A stretch of 59,146 nt of DNA, the filler included, from Jimgerdemannia flammicorona (Eukaryota), in NCBI GenBank assembly GCA_003990765.1. It is 2 parts of 2 records of this genome, joined end to end, with 100 filler letters (N's around TTAATTAATTAA, not from the genome) between each part and the next. Parts side by side here need not be neighbours in the genome. Positions count along the whole stretch, not along the records: positions 29,625 to 59,146 come from RBNJ01000493.1; 1 more part is not named here. One strand, written 5' to 3'. Positions 48,701 through 59,146 of this stretch are shown here, in pieces; the first letter of the stretch is position 1; each line of letters starts with the position of its first letter. The notes beneath the pieces are model-generated. The model made no database searches. It saw only the letters and a program-made list of their open reading frames with translations, and was not told the DNA's origin. Position numbers and translations under genes: made by a program.

Positions 48701-50098
48701 GGAGTTGGAGATGAGTAGTTGACTTTGAGGTAGGCTCTAGCTATTTGGGTTGGGTTTGCTAGACATTGGCTCTATGTATTTGAAAATGGTCAATAATTAG
48801 TAGTTGTGATATAGATTTGTAAGATGAGAGTAGTTATTGCTAGACATCCTAAACAGGTGGTGGCAGGGGTGGAGACCTGGAGGGGATAGCCATAGAAGAC
48901 TTATAGAATATATTTATATAAAGAGCAAAGAGAGAATTGGGGTCACTGGGGAGTTGGTAACTCTTTAGAGAGGTAGAGAGAGAGAGAGAGGGGGGGGTCT
49001 GCATAGGATTGGGTAAAGGATACATCAGTACCTTTGTATTAATATAATGGTAATTGATAATAAAAGTAAAAGTCTAAGTAACTATAAAAAAAAAAAAAAA
49101 AAGAGAGTTCTCTAGAGACTTATTATTTCTGATAGTATTAGAGAAGAACTATTGAATATAATATAAGAGATTCTAGTGAGGGGTTGTTAATGAGGCTCAT
49201 AAGATCAGACTTCACTAATATAGAAATAAGAGTAGAAAAGCCTGAAGATCAGAAATATAGAGATGAGATTATCTTTTGCTGGGGGGCTCTCTGATAGATA
49301 ATTTCCAGCTTTAGGATAGAGTGGAGTATCAATAAGAACTGAGTAGAGATCTGTGGTCTGAAAGTTGACAAGTGATAGATATTAGTGAGACTTGAGACTA
49401 GGCCAATATCTGATCTTAGAGTGAGATTATATTGAAGTAGCTCTCATCTAAGTTTTAGATAGTATGGTAGAGACTCTTGTAGAGAAATATAATACTAAAA
49501 TTCAGGATAGATTATTTGATAGATAGTGGTTCCTTCAATTGTAAGGATTGCTTTAATATTGAGCAAAAGAGGAGAGTTGTACAGACTTCTAAATATTGGC
49601 TTAGAAAATGTGAGGTTATATCTGATTTCTGATTAGCTATTACAAACTAGCTTAGAGTGTAACTATTAGAGAGAGTAGAGGGGAGAAGATAGGATATCCT
49701 CTGAGTAGAACTAGTGAGTGAGATAGTTTGGATTAGTCTTTCTAGTTACTAATTGTATATTTTTGAGAATAATAGAAAGTCAATACTAGAGATGAGATTG
49801 ATATAGTAAGAATGGCTTTTGTTAGATCCATTGAATAGGTGGTAGATAGGATGAGATTCTAGAGAAGGTAGATAATATAAGTTAGTAGAAAGAATATAGA
49901 TTGATAGAAAGAATATATATTAGAAGTAGAAGAAGAGTCTGGACTATTGAAACTATAGTGGTTTTTAACTATAAAGAAGTAATAGATGAGTCCCATGAGA
50001 AAATAAGATAGTAGGGTGAGTAGTATGTAATATTTTGATATAGATGGATTGGTAATAAATACTAGAGTCTAAGTAACTATAATATATATATATATATA
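42771..50098 (+). mobile_element. Old 5'-truncated L1-like LINE D (RT C-terminus to 3' end), split by LINE C
   Basis: About 42783 onward translates YKRYSRAKLNYYKYETLVL (compare WYEQGSGAKLNWHKCETLVL in B). About 49340 onward translates RDLWSES*QVIDISET*D*ANI. 3' motif at 50066-50080 followed by an AT tail. Confidence 0.8.
43333..49101 (+). mobile_element. Full-length L1-like LINE C (about 5.8 kb), heavily mutated, nested in LINE D
   Basis: TSD agagagatctctag (43319-43332) / agagagttctctag (49102-49115). Poly(A) starts at 49086. ORF1 fragments at 43656-44459, ORF2 start mutated ATG>ATA at 45352, GAFADD at about 47460. Confidence 0.93.
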
Positions 50099-50990
50099 TT
50101 TAGATAGAATTCATTCTTATAAAAAGATAAGCATAATATATATAAACTCTTATATTCTTTAATATCAAAATTAAGTACATTACTGATATCCAAAATAAGA
50201 TAGCTAATGTACTCTCATAAAGTTCTATCTCTACTTAATATAAAAATCTAAAAGTAATAATTAGACTATACCTCAGCCTCAGATACATAGAACTTAGTAC
50301 TTCCTTATAAAACTTAGAACTTAAAGTCAATAGTTATTTTAGATTATTTATAATATATTAATTCTATCAATATATATATTTATTACAATTGTAATATTTT
50401 ACAAATATAATTATTTTTATATATCTCTAATTATTAAATTAATATAATTATATTTTAAAAAATTTATAATAAATAAAAAATTTTATTTTATAAATTAGCT
50501 TATAGATATTAATTAGCTAAAATCTATTAATAATTAAATTTTACTATATTTGATATTTAATTAAAATTATATTAATCTTTAGAAAATAAACTGATTATTT
50601 TAAAATTTTAATAAAATTAACTAAAAATATTATATAAAAATATTATCTATTATGATATTATACAAAAATAATATATCTATATATATTGTTTCTAATTATA
50701 AATAGCAAATAACCCCCTCTTTTTTTTAATATCAAAGTTACTTATAAAAATTACATTTTTAGTTTTTATAATAAAAAATTTTAATATCTATATAAATTTA
50801 AATATAAAATAAATTAAAGGTAATTTATTTATTTATTTATTTATTCATTTTATTCAAAATAAAATAAAATATTTGGATTAATTTATTTATATAATATTAT
50901 ATACTCTAAAATAAGTTAACCATTTATAATTAAGATGATATACTATTAGCATTTGAATGTACTTTTTTTTTGGTATATACATAAATATGC
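50099..50990. other. Extremely AT-rich, CpG-free tract; probably terminally eroded repeat DNA
   Basis: Base composition only; no motif recognised. Confidence 0.5.
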
Positions 50991-53435
50991 ACACAGTTTC
51001 GAAGAACATGGGAGAGAATATGAGTAGCAGACCAGGAAGTAATATGTAATAGCTCAAATAGAGAAGACCGGGACTGTGCAAAAGGGTGCTAGAATCCAAA
51101 GGGTGTGTTCTGGCAAATGAAATTCTACTTCATTTATATTTACTGCACTCTGATTCGGAGCGATTGGAATCTTTGTAACTCGTGCACCAGATAGTTGCGC
51201 AGGACACTACACTCTTTTCATGTCTCCATGCCTGATTCGTTCATTATGGTGACTGACCGGAATTCACAACATTGAACATGTACCTCCTTTTAGAACCAGG
51301 ACCCTCTTCATATCGATCCTCGATACAGCCAATACAAGTTCTCGAATCAAAACTGCCATCATAACCAATCATGTCTTGTACCATAAGCATTTTCCAACAG
51401 CTCCGTGACTCCGGCCTTTCTGGCCAGGGCCCAGGTGTCCTGAGTCGAGAAGGTACTCGTGAGCAAGACCGCTGGCCCGCCAGGTTCTGATAGACGGTGG
51501 TGCAGGCGTCGAGGAACCGCGACTGAGAATCCAGCATGGCGCTGTAGCTCGGTGTTTTGGCTAGCACGCTGTATTCTTCTCGCCAATACCATTCCCTGCG
51601 GAGGAACACGTAAATGCATACACGTGCTTGTAAGCCTCAACGATAAACAAGCGAATATAAAAAATGTAATGCACTTAATTCCTACATACCGCCCAGATCC
51701 AGGTCTTATAGGCTCGTGATCGTTGTCGGTGCTTCGGCTACTGCGCTGGTTCCTTTCTTCTTAGTGCAATTTCCTACAGAGAAATGCATATGTGCAGGTG
51801 TTAGCCGGAAAGCTAAACAGACGAATGCAAAAAATATAACGATCTTCGTTCCTACATCAGACTCAGATTTGCAAACTCGTGTCCGATTTCAGAGTATCGG
51901 CTAACACGCTGGTTCACTTTGAGTGCTATTGTTGTAATAATGGTAAGGTACGAAAATGTAAAAGCAGATGTGACGATTGTCATGCTGTTGAATTCAGTCT
52001 GACCCTGTGCCCCCGCCCCCACACGCGACCTGATGCCAAATGTTCTCCCTGCTCGTCTCGCCTCCTCCTACCTGTGTTCTCCGTGTACACTTGGCTTCGT
52101 CACTCGGCTGTGTATCGCAGAATTATGCAGTTGTCCCATCCAATTCTTCTTCAGAATGCAGGTGGGGGTCGAGAAGGATATGACGTTGATGCTAGACGAG
52201 GAGGGCTTACCTAAGGTATTAGTCATGTGCTGGGTAAGATGCTTCGGGATGATAGTAAGAACAGCATTGTTTGGGATGGAGCCAATCAAACTTTTCGAAG
52301 GCCTACGTTTCTGATGTCAATATGGTTTTAAGACTCCGTGCAGGTTCCATTCACATATCCACTCATTACATTCTTCCTCTCTGTTCGATTCCTATAACCC
52401 ATCCTTCGCCCCAAATAATAAACAGTTACACATATTCACCCTGATTAAAACGTTCCGGCTCACACTTGCAATTGCAAAGTTGCTTGACGAGGCCTGCCAG
52501 GGAAACGCGGCTACATGAGGAAGAGTACGTGGTTCAGGATTCAGGAATTTAGATCACCTACCTACCCCTTTCTAGCTCGTCAAAAAGTTTCCGTCCTCGG
52601 AACAGAGATTGATCTGCTCAATAATGTATACAGGTGGCGTTGTCTAATGGCACGCAAATAAGGTGGTTTATGTTGAAGTCAAACGCCCACTCCAAGACTC
52701 GGTGTTTTGGTGAAGGAATAAAGTTCTCGGGTGACAGGAATAGGTAAACCTCGACACTGTGACCTGGAGATTCATGTAATGTTCCACCTGAAATTTGTTC
52801 CTAACAAATAAAGTAGGCCAGGATGGCATCCACGTGAACAACGTAACGTGGAGAGCTGCATGTGTACATCCAGCATACGGTGCGGAATCTGCCCAAGTCC
52901 CCCATAAAGGAGATCGAGCATGAATGCAAGTAGAAATGAGCAAAGAAAGCATAAATAGTGTGTACCGTTTGATTGTCACGGTTCGAAATTAGAAATTGGC
53001 ATAGGGCATATCTGCATATACCTTTTGCATGAGGGTATTAAGGCTAAGACATACAAAGCCTCAAAAATACATGTAAAGGCACGTGATCGTGAACGAGATT
53101 TAGCATTGAATTTGTGACCTTGGAGGTTCCATAGGAATTAATTGCAAAAATTTGTTAATAAAAGGGGCGGTTTGGAACTTGAAAAATTAGGATCTAGGAC
53201 TAATAAATTCCATCGTGTGAGCCTGAAAAGCGATTTATTATACGGGGATACCTTGGATGACTTGATTTTTTCTGGAATACGCAAATTTCTTAAATAATTC
53301 AGATATTTCAAGCTGGGCTTTATTGATACTGATATTTATACACAATTTTCCTGAGTAATACTATGAGAAATATAAGCACGCTTCATAAGCCTATGGAAGG
53401 GCCTCGAGGATACATCATCCCGAGATATACGCAAA

Positions 53436-53489
53436 CTTAAAACATCTCTATTTTTATTTTTATTTTTATTTTTTCTTAAAACATCTCTA
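53436..53489 (-). repeat. Solitary A-rich tail insertion flanked by a perfect 15-bp TSD
   Basis: CTTAAAACATCTCTA at 53436-53450 and 53475-53489 flanks a 24-bp T5A-type tract. Confidence 0.75.
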
Positions 53490-56400
53490 CGTGATGTTCC
53501 CATTCATCGTTCCACAAGAATCGAATTATGTCACATCGGTTTGGGAGTATGTGCCTTTACACAGAACGAAAGCAAACACCCCACCTCACATGCATTCCTA
53601 CCCACCCCCACCCATTCATCCATACACGCTTTCACCCCCACGGGTATTCAACCACCTCATCTACACCCAACAGAATCTTTAGCAGAACTTCCAACACCCT
53701 GTCATTCCACTCCCTCAACAAGGAAGACGCTGAAATGCCCGAATGGAACGAGCGCGCGCTTAATCTCTTTGTTAACCCGACATTTTAAAATTCGTGACAG
53801 GTTTCCTATTGCCGTCACGGAATCTCTTGTGAAGTGTCACTTCGAATAATATCTCGGTTCAAATGAGCCATTCCTAGTCATCTGTAGCTTGGTGGACCAT
53901 TTCTCATACCCCCTTTTCTCAATAATAGACCAGCAAAGTACCTAAGGAAGCAAATTATTCAACCCATCGTGCATGAGACCAAATTCCATCGATTGTGTTA
54001 TGCACACGGAATCTGATATTAGACAATCGAAAGGTATTTAGGAGATATGCCATCTTTGTGGACGTATTGAAGGATATGTGATATGTGGGAGATGTCGTGT
54101 ATCATCGACGGGTGGTGGTGAAGGTTGCGAAGATGAGAACAGGTCTTTGCATCAAGAGGAGAAAGAGAGTGGACACCCAAATGTAATGTATAATCTTTCG
54201 GTGTTTCTACTCTGTTGACCATAACTCAAACACTGCGTTTTGTCCAACTTGCATTGGTCATGTCGACGGTAGTGTACGTCATACTGCGCTAACATTGATG
54301 CATCATTTCTTATGGCTCATCAGGCCGTACCCAACATCTTGTGAAGTTGGAGAAACTGTTAACGGATTTGGGCAAACCGCTAGGTGATTATTAATTTTCC
54401 GTGAAGCAAGAGCGACGGTCATGATTATAGCATCATAGGGTGAGTAATGAAGGAAGGAGCAGATTTGTTAGAAAGGGAAAAGTGAGTCCAAGCTCAAAAC
54501 CGTGGAGCCAGGGTTAGGTGGATATTCCATGGGTAATAAATGATGGTACCCAACAGGATTCCGTCCCTGCGGACTTGAAAAGCCCTCTCCTTTTTTTTTT
54601 TTGGTCAATTTCATTCTCTTTAGTTTGTGTCAGTTCCGTCTTTTCAAAACAAATCAGTGTGTCTGTACTTTTGAAGAGGTTTAATACCATGACTACTCGG
54701 ATCCAAATTCCCATTAGGATATTTTCAGTGCAGTGAGTTATACATTACAAAAATATTTGTAGGGTTCATATGCTTTTCTACATGTAACATAATATAAGGA
54801 AATCCCTGTGAGAGCATAATATTCTTCCACATATTTTTAAAATTTCTTCAACACTATGTCAAATTGTTTCTGTGGCAGAGATGCTAGGTTAAGTTTCTAT
54901 ATCATTTTGGTTTTAAGGAATAAAAGGCGTCAAAGGAGAATAGAATAATTGTGCAACGATAAATCAGCGTGAAATTTTGGTTGGTATAACTATATCCTTT
55001 ATATCGCGACTCCAGAGACATACCTTGAGATCAACTTTGTAATTTGGAACTTCTAGGTATTTCAAAAATGCCTTCCACACTGAGCGACCCACGGTCTCGT
55101 CGATGTTGACCTCCTTCGATCTCTCCAAAATATTATCAGCATTCCCACTACCCTTCACCAGCTATCGACTGCCTCACCCCATCACCTTTCCTACTATTCT
55201 CCACCACTTTATATCTAACCTTCAGCATACCTCGCTCACCTCTCCCAATTAATGAAATCACAATTACCTCCTCCATCAAGCCTCCCCATGGCGAATACGT
55301 GGTACCGGCTCAGGAGAGCGACGTTGAACTTGAATTTGGGTTCTCTATTGTTGTCCCAATCGATATAGTGAAACCGTAGTCATGCTGCTCACATTTGAAC
55401 TTAGGAATGAAATTATCCACTTGTTCGTGATGGAGAATAACGAACACGCTTATTCGAACACCCGCTTCACGTCCTTTGTCACAGCTATCTTGATGAAATT
55501 TCAGCGCATCAATAAAGAGGTATAATACCAATGAGCGAACGGTTTGGGATTCGCCGAGAAGTAGGGCGAGGGATAAATGATAATGTTGACCTACCAGAGA
55601 ATCATAGCAGGAATGCAGTCACTGCAAAGCAGGTCATTCGAGGCCTGGCTAACAAAGGGCTCAAAATAAACAGGGCTCATTGTTGAATACGTAATGGGTA
55701 TATGATAGAAGGGGATTTGACATATTACGGATAGGCCGTCTTTCTAAAGCATAGTTGAGAGGCTGGTATTGGGTGGTCGCTGTAATGCATGTGTTTGCAA
55801 TTTAAGGTCATGGAATGATAGTCTGATTTACCCCAGTTACGAGGCTCTACTATGATTCTTGAGGCATTTCGATAGGATTTCGTGGCGCGAGTAAATTAGT
55901 AGCAAAACACTGTATTGACAGGTGCAGATTTTGGCCATATCGACTAGAACGGGAAATCTCGGTGCATTCGAACAAGAAGTGCGCAATTAAAGGATCCATA
56001 ATTATTAAGGATTCCCTCGGGTGTCAACTTGAAATTGAAATACAATATTCTATATTTCTACATTTTTCTATAATTCTACATTATGAGTGAAGAATTTTAT
56101 ATTCTAGTTCAACTTCTGTGCTTCAGATAGAGTGCCATTGTACTTTTCGCTGTTGCTATTCCCTGTGGAGATACATAATATGAAGAAATGTATTTAGAAG
56201 GATTAGTTGAAGAGAATTAGTAGAAATATTTCTAAGTATAATCCTCAATTCGCCCCAAGAAGTATCCACTTTCCTCGTTTGTGGAGATGGTAGCACTGAC
56301 TCGCTACACCCTTTCTGCCCTGGGTCTTGTGTTTGTGTTGTTGACGAAATTGTTAGAGGGTAAAAGAATGTGTTGAAATTTTATTTTATTTTATTTTATT

Positions 56401-57261
56401 TTTTTTAAAAAAAAAAATTAAAACTACACACAATACCAGTTTGCGTTGCAGTGCGGTGACACGCTCGACATAATCGAGGTCTCATCCAAGCAGGATCCCT
56501 CCGCTGGTTTCATGGTAAGAAAATCACAAGAGATTAGCACGCATGAACAGGCAACTCAATGTGGTGATACACATGAACTCTTACACCTGGCATGTGTTAC
56601 TGATGTCCCAACCTATGCCGATAATATACTCTTTGTCATTGGTTGGTCCTTGGCAAGCATAATTATGTAGGATATGTGACGTCCAGGGGAATTTTGCCAA
56701 TGCATATGAAGATGTGAAGTGCATACATTCATGCTAAGTGCTGGGCTGGGGGCATCGGTGCAATTTTCACCACCCAAAATTTGAGCCTTACATCTTTTCC
56801 GTCATCGTCTCCCAACCTCAAATCCGTCTTAAACAAAAATGAGAACACCCTCCAATCCCAGTTTCTGATACATGGTTTATACCAACCGCATTCTGAGAAG
56901 AGTGCATATATCTATCCTTTTACCGGGAAATCAATAATAGGGGCACCAGCTAGTATTAATTACATGGTGGCCTTCGGGTGGTTCCGAAGAGAAAAAAGAG
57001 GCACGCCGGCTCCAGGTAAGGGAGCGCGGTAGGTCCACTGTGCGGGATGAGCAAATACGCACGACGATACGTGCCAGTTCGAGTATAAAAAGCTAAGTAG
57101 GCCGCCTTCCAGTTCATAGTTGTATTGTGATTTTTTTTTATGCGCAACATTCATTTGGAAAACTGTCTCTAACGAACTTTGGCCCATGCGCCATGTGCTG
57201 TGCCGGTCTTGGTTGCTTCGGCATACCACATTTTGGGCCTGCTTGTTTGCTCGGTTACCGT

Positions 57262-57633
57262 TCATGTCTCGTCCGCTAACGGCCTCCGTCTCCTTCCCCG
57301 CTTCTGTATATCCCCTAGCACTTTATCCAACTTTTTCAGCAGCTCGAACTCAGCCACCACCTGCTCCTCCATCGGCATCGCCTTCGGGCTCGGCGCCATA
57401 TGTGCAAACTCCAGCTCGACGAGAGCTTCATTGACCTTTTTGAGGAGGACGGGACGGGCGTGGTTGGCGAGTGGTGGGACCTCCCAGAAGGTTGGACATT
57501 CGTAATCCTGCAGGGACGGGAGGTGGGAGGATCGGAGTACAATTTGGCGGAAGCGTCGAGTTGGGCGGCGAGGAGACCTTGCTGGTTGCCGACAGTTGCT
57601 GGGGTGGTAACTGAGATGACTAAGGGCAGCGCT
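57262..57633 (-). CDS. Candidate terminal exon of an unknown host gene
   Basis: 124-codon open frame (..PSLQDYECPTFWEVPPLANHARPVLLKKVNEALVELEF..EEQVVAEFELLKKLDKVLGDIQKRGRRRR..*) with GC3-rich codons, preceded by an AG. No 5' ATG and no recognised homology. Confidence 0.3.
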   Translation of the reverse strand, partial: SAALSHLSYHPSNCRQPARSPRRPTRRFRQIVLRSSHLPSLQDYECPTFWEVPPLANHARPVLLKKVNEALVELEFAHMAPSPKAMPMEEQVVAEFELLKKLDKVLGDIQKRGRRRRPLADET

Positions 57634-57954
57634 CTAAGGCTGTGCGACAACTGTCTGTTGGATAAATATTTGCAGGCGGGTGACAACTTAACAGTATGGA
57701 TGATGAATTGTCGCTGGCAGCAATTGACGTTGGGCTTTTTTCTCATTCACCATATTATAAGGCCTGTCCTCCATCGTTATCTGCATTTGGAAATCCCGAT
57801 GAAAATTAAACCATTTTGTTATTATTTATTATTTTATTATTATTTTATTATTTTATTTTCCAGCTGTATATTTATAGTGCCCGCCGCCCTGTCCCACCCC
57901 GGCACTCTTTAAAGCCTATCCTGATATCCTAAGTACAAAGTCTATCTAAAGCCA

Positions 57955-58052
57955 CAAGACAAGAGCACAGCAGAAAGACTAGTATCCCGCACATAGAGAC
58001 CCGCAGCCAGAAGACAGGAGCACATCAGAGACAGGAAGGAGCACAGCAGAAA
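57955..58052 (+). repeat. Short imperfect direct repeats (AGACA.GAGCACA.CAGA)
   Basis: gagcacagcagaaag occurs twice, with related units in between. Confidence 0.45.
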
Positions 58053-59146
58053 GTATGGCGGAATCATATCGGACATCCGGACCTAGTCATTATGATGGGG
58101 GCGAGAGAAAAATTATGCAATGCAGTAGTTTGGTGTCAGATTGAATATTTCCATCAAGTGTGCGACTGCTCATTGGATGGAGCGCCGTGATGAGGCGAAT
58201 GGCTTGTGGGCCTCGATGGTTCGATGGTGACGCCATACTCTGGTGACATCACAGTCTCAACATCTGTTTCATAGTAGCCGTTGACGATTCAAATTAATTA
58301 GACGGCTAACACCACCAAATGCGGGAATGATATCCTTAACCAATGGATTCCAGTGCGTTATAATATTCTATCATGGAAGCCCTTGTCTGAATTCCCCACC
58401 AGAACCACACAACACCACTGCCATCCGACACCTCCCACCCTCCCACCTCGTTAGATGGAACCATAGCGGGACCGCCCCGCCGACGAATCGGACAACCACC
58501 TTGACTATCACATTATAGCGAACCTGCGAGACATTGTTAAGAGGAGGATATTGATAACTAAGGGCCTGGCGGATTATCACAGGAAGAACGCGCGCGACTG
58601 TTGTGGACGTCCCCCTGGAGGTGAGCTCGACTGCATTGAATTGGTTAGAGGGAAAAGCTTGTGTTTGAGTGGGCATACATATCAAAATCTCCCTCTCATC
58701 TACTAATAGTAATATTGCACTCGCTCACTCACGATCGTCACCGCCTTCCTTTTCCCTCCTCCCAGTAAATTAACCTGACGGAAAATGCTACACCAAACGC
58801 GCATCGTCAAAACGTACCATTTTCGAACTCTAGAACGCGCCGTGTGCTCTCACTTCCCCGTGTGGAAGGGTGGCACGCTAATCTACATGAGGTAGCAATG
58901 ATGCTGACGTTTGGCCCGCTTCTTTTTCGACACACTTGGTTTCAAAGACACTACTCCGATATCAGCTACTCGGTTATCGACCCGGTCTCCGCCACTGTCT
59001 AGACAAGCATCCCAATTTATCTCGCTATCCTCTTCCAGTCGCTCTACAGCGCCCGAGAGTCTCGGTCGTTAACCTTCAGGGCACGTAACCCCCCGATTCC
59101 AGGACCATGTCGAAGGCCGGGTCGACGGCCGCCGAAGACTTGTATA

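Noticed and set aside
57400..57912. 170-aa plus-strand ORF as a gene
   Set aside because: It mirrors the more coding-like minus-strand frame and runs through an AT microsatellite.
1..59146. CRISPR array, rRNA, tRNA or prokaryotic operon
   Set aside because: No regularly spaced repeat-spacer array or recognisable structural RNA gene was seen; the content is eukaryotic.

Overview
Eukaryotic, most likely fungal, DNA (it carries Zn(II)2Cys6 genes, a chromovirus and a GGTTATGAGCCC-type Copia PBS). Two blocks of nested, mutationally eroded transposons (1-21.3 kb and 29.6-51.0 kb) are almost devoid of CpG. They alternate with CpG-normal host sequence (21.3-29.5 kb and 51.0-59.1 kb). Block 1 holds a dUTPase-encoding chromovirus inserted into the dUTPase of an older copy of itself, two truncated L1-like LINEs, a two-ORF Penelope-like element with no recognisable endonuclease (111-bp terminal direct repeats plus a poly(A) tail), a second Gypsy remnant and an unidentified element. 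Host block 1 holds three tandem paralogs of a 2xC2H2 + Zn2Cys6 transcription factor, one of them intact. A 100-bp N/TTAATTAATTAA linker marks an artificial contig join. Block 2 holds five L1-like LINE copies or remnants and a Copia, with insertion order readable from TSDs and junctions. All alignments were done by eye and no database searches were run.
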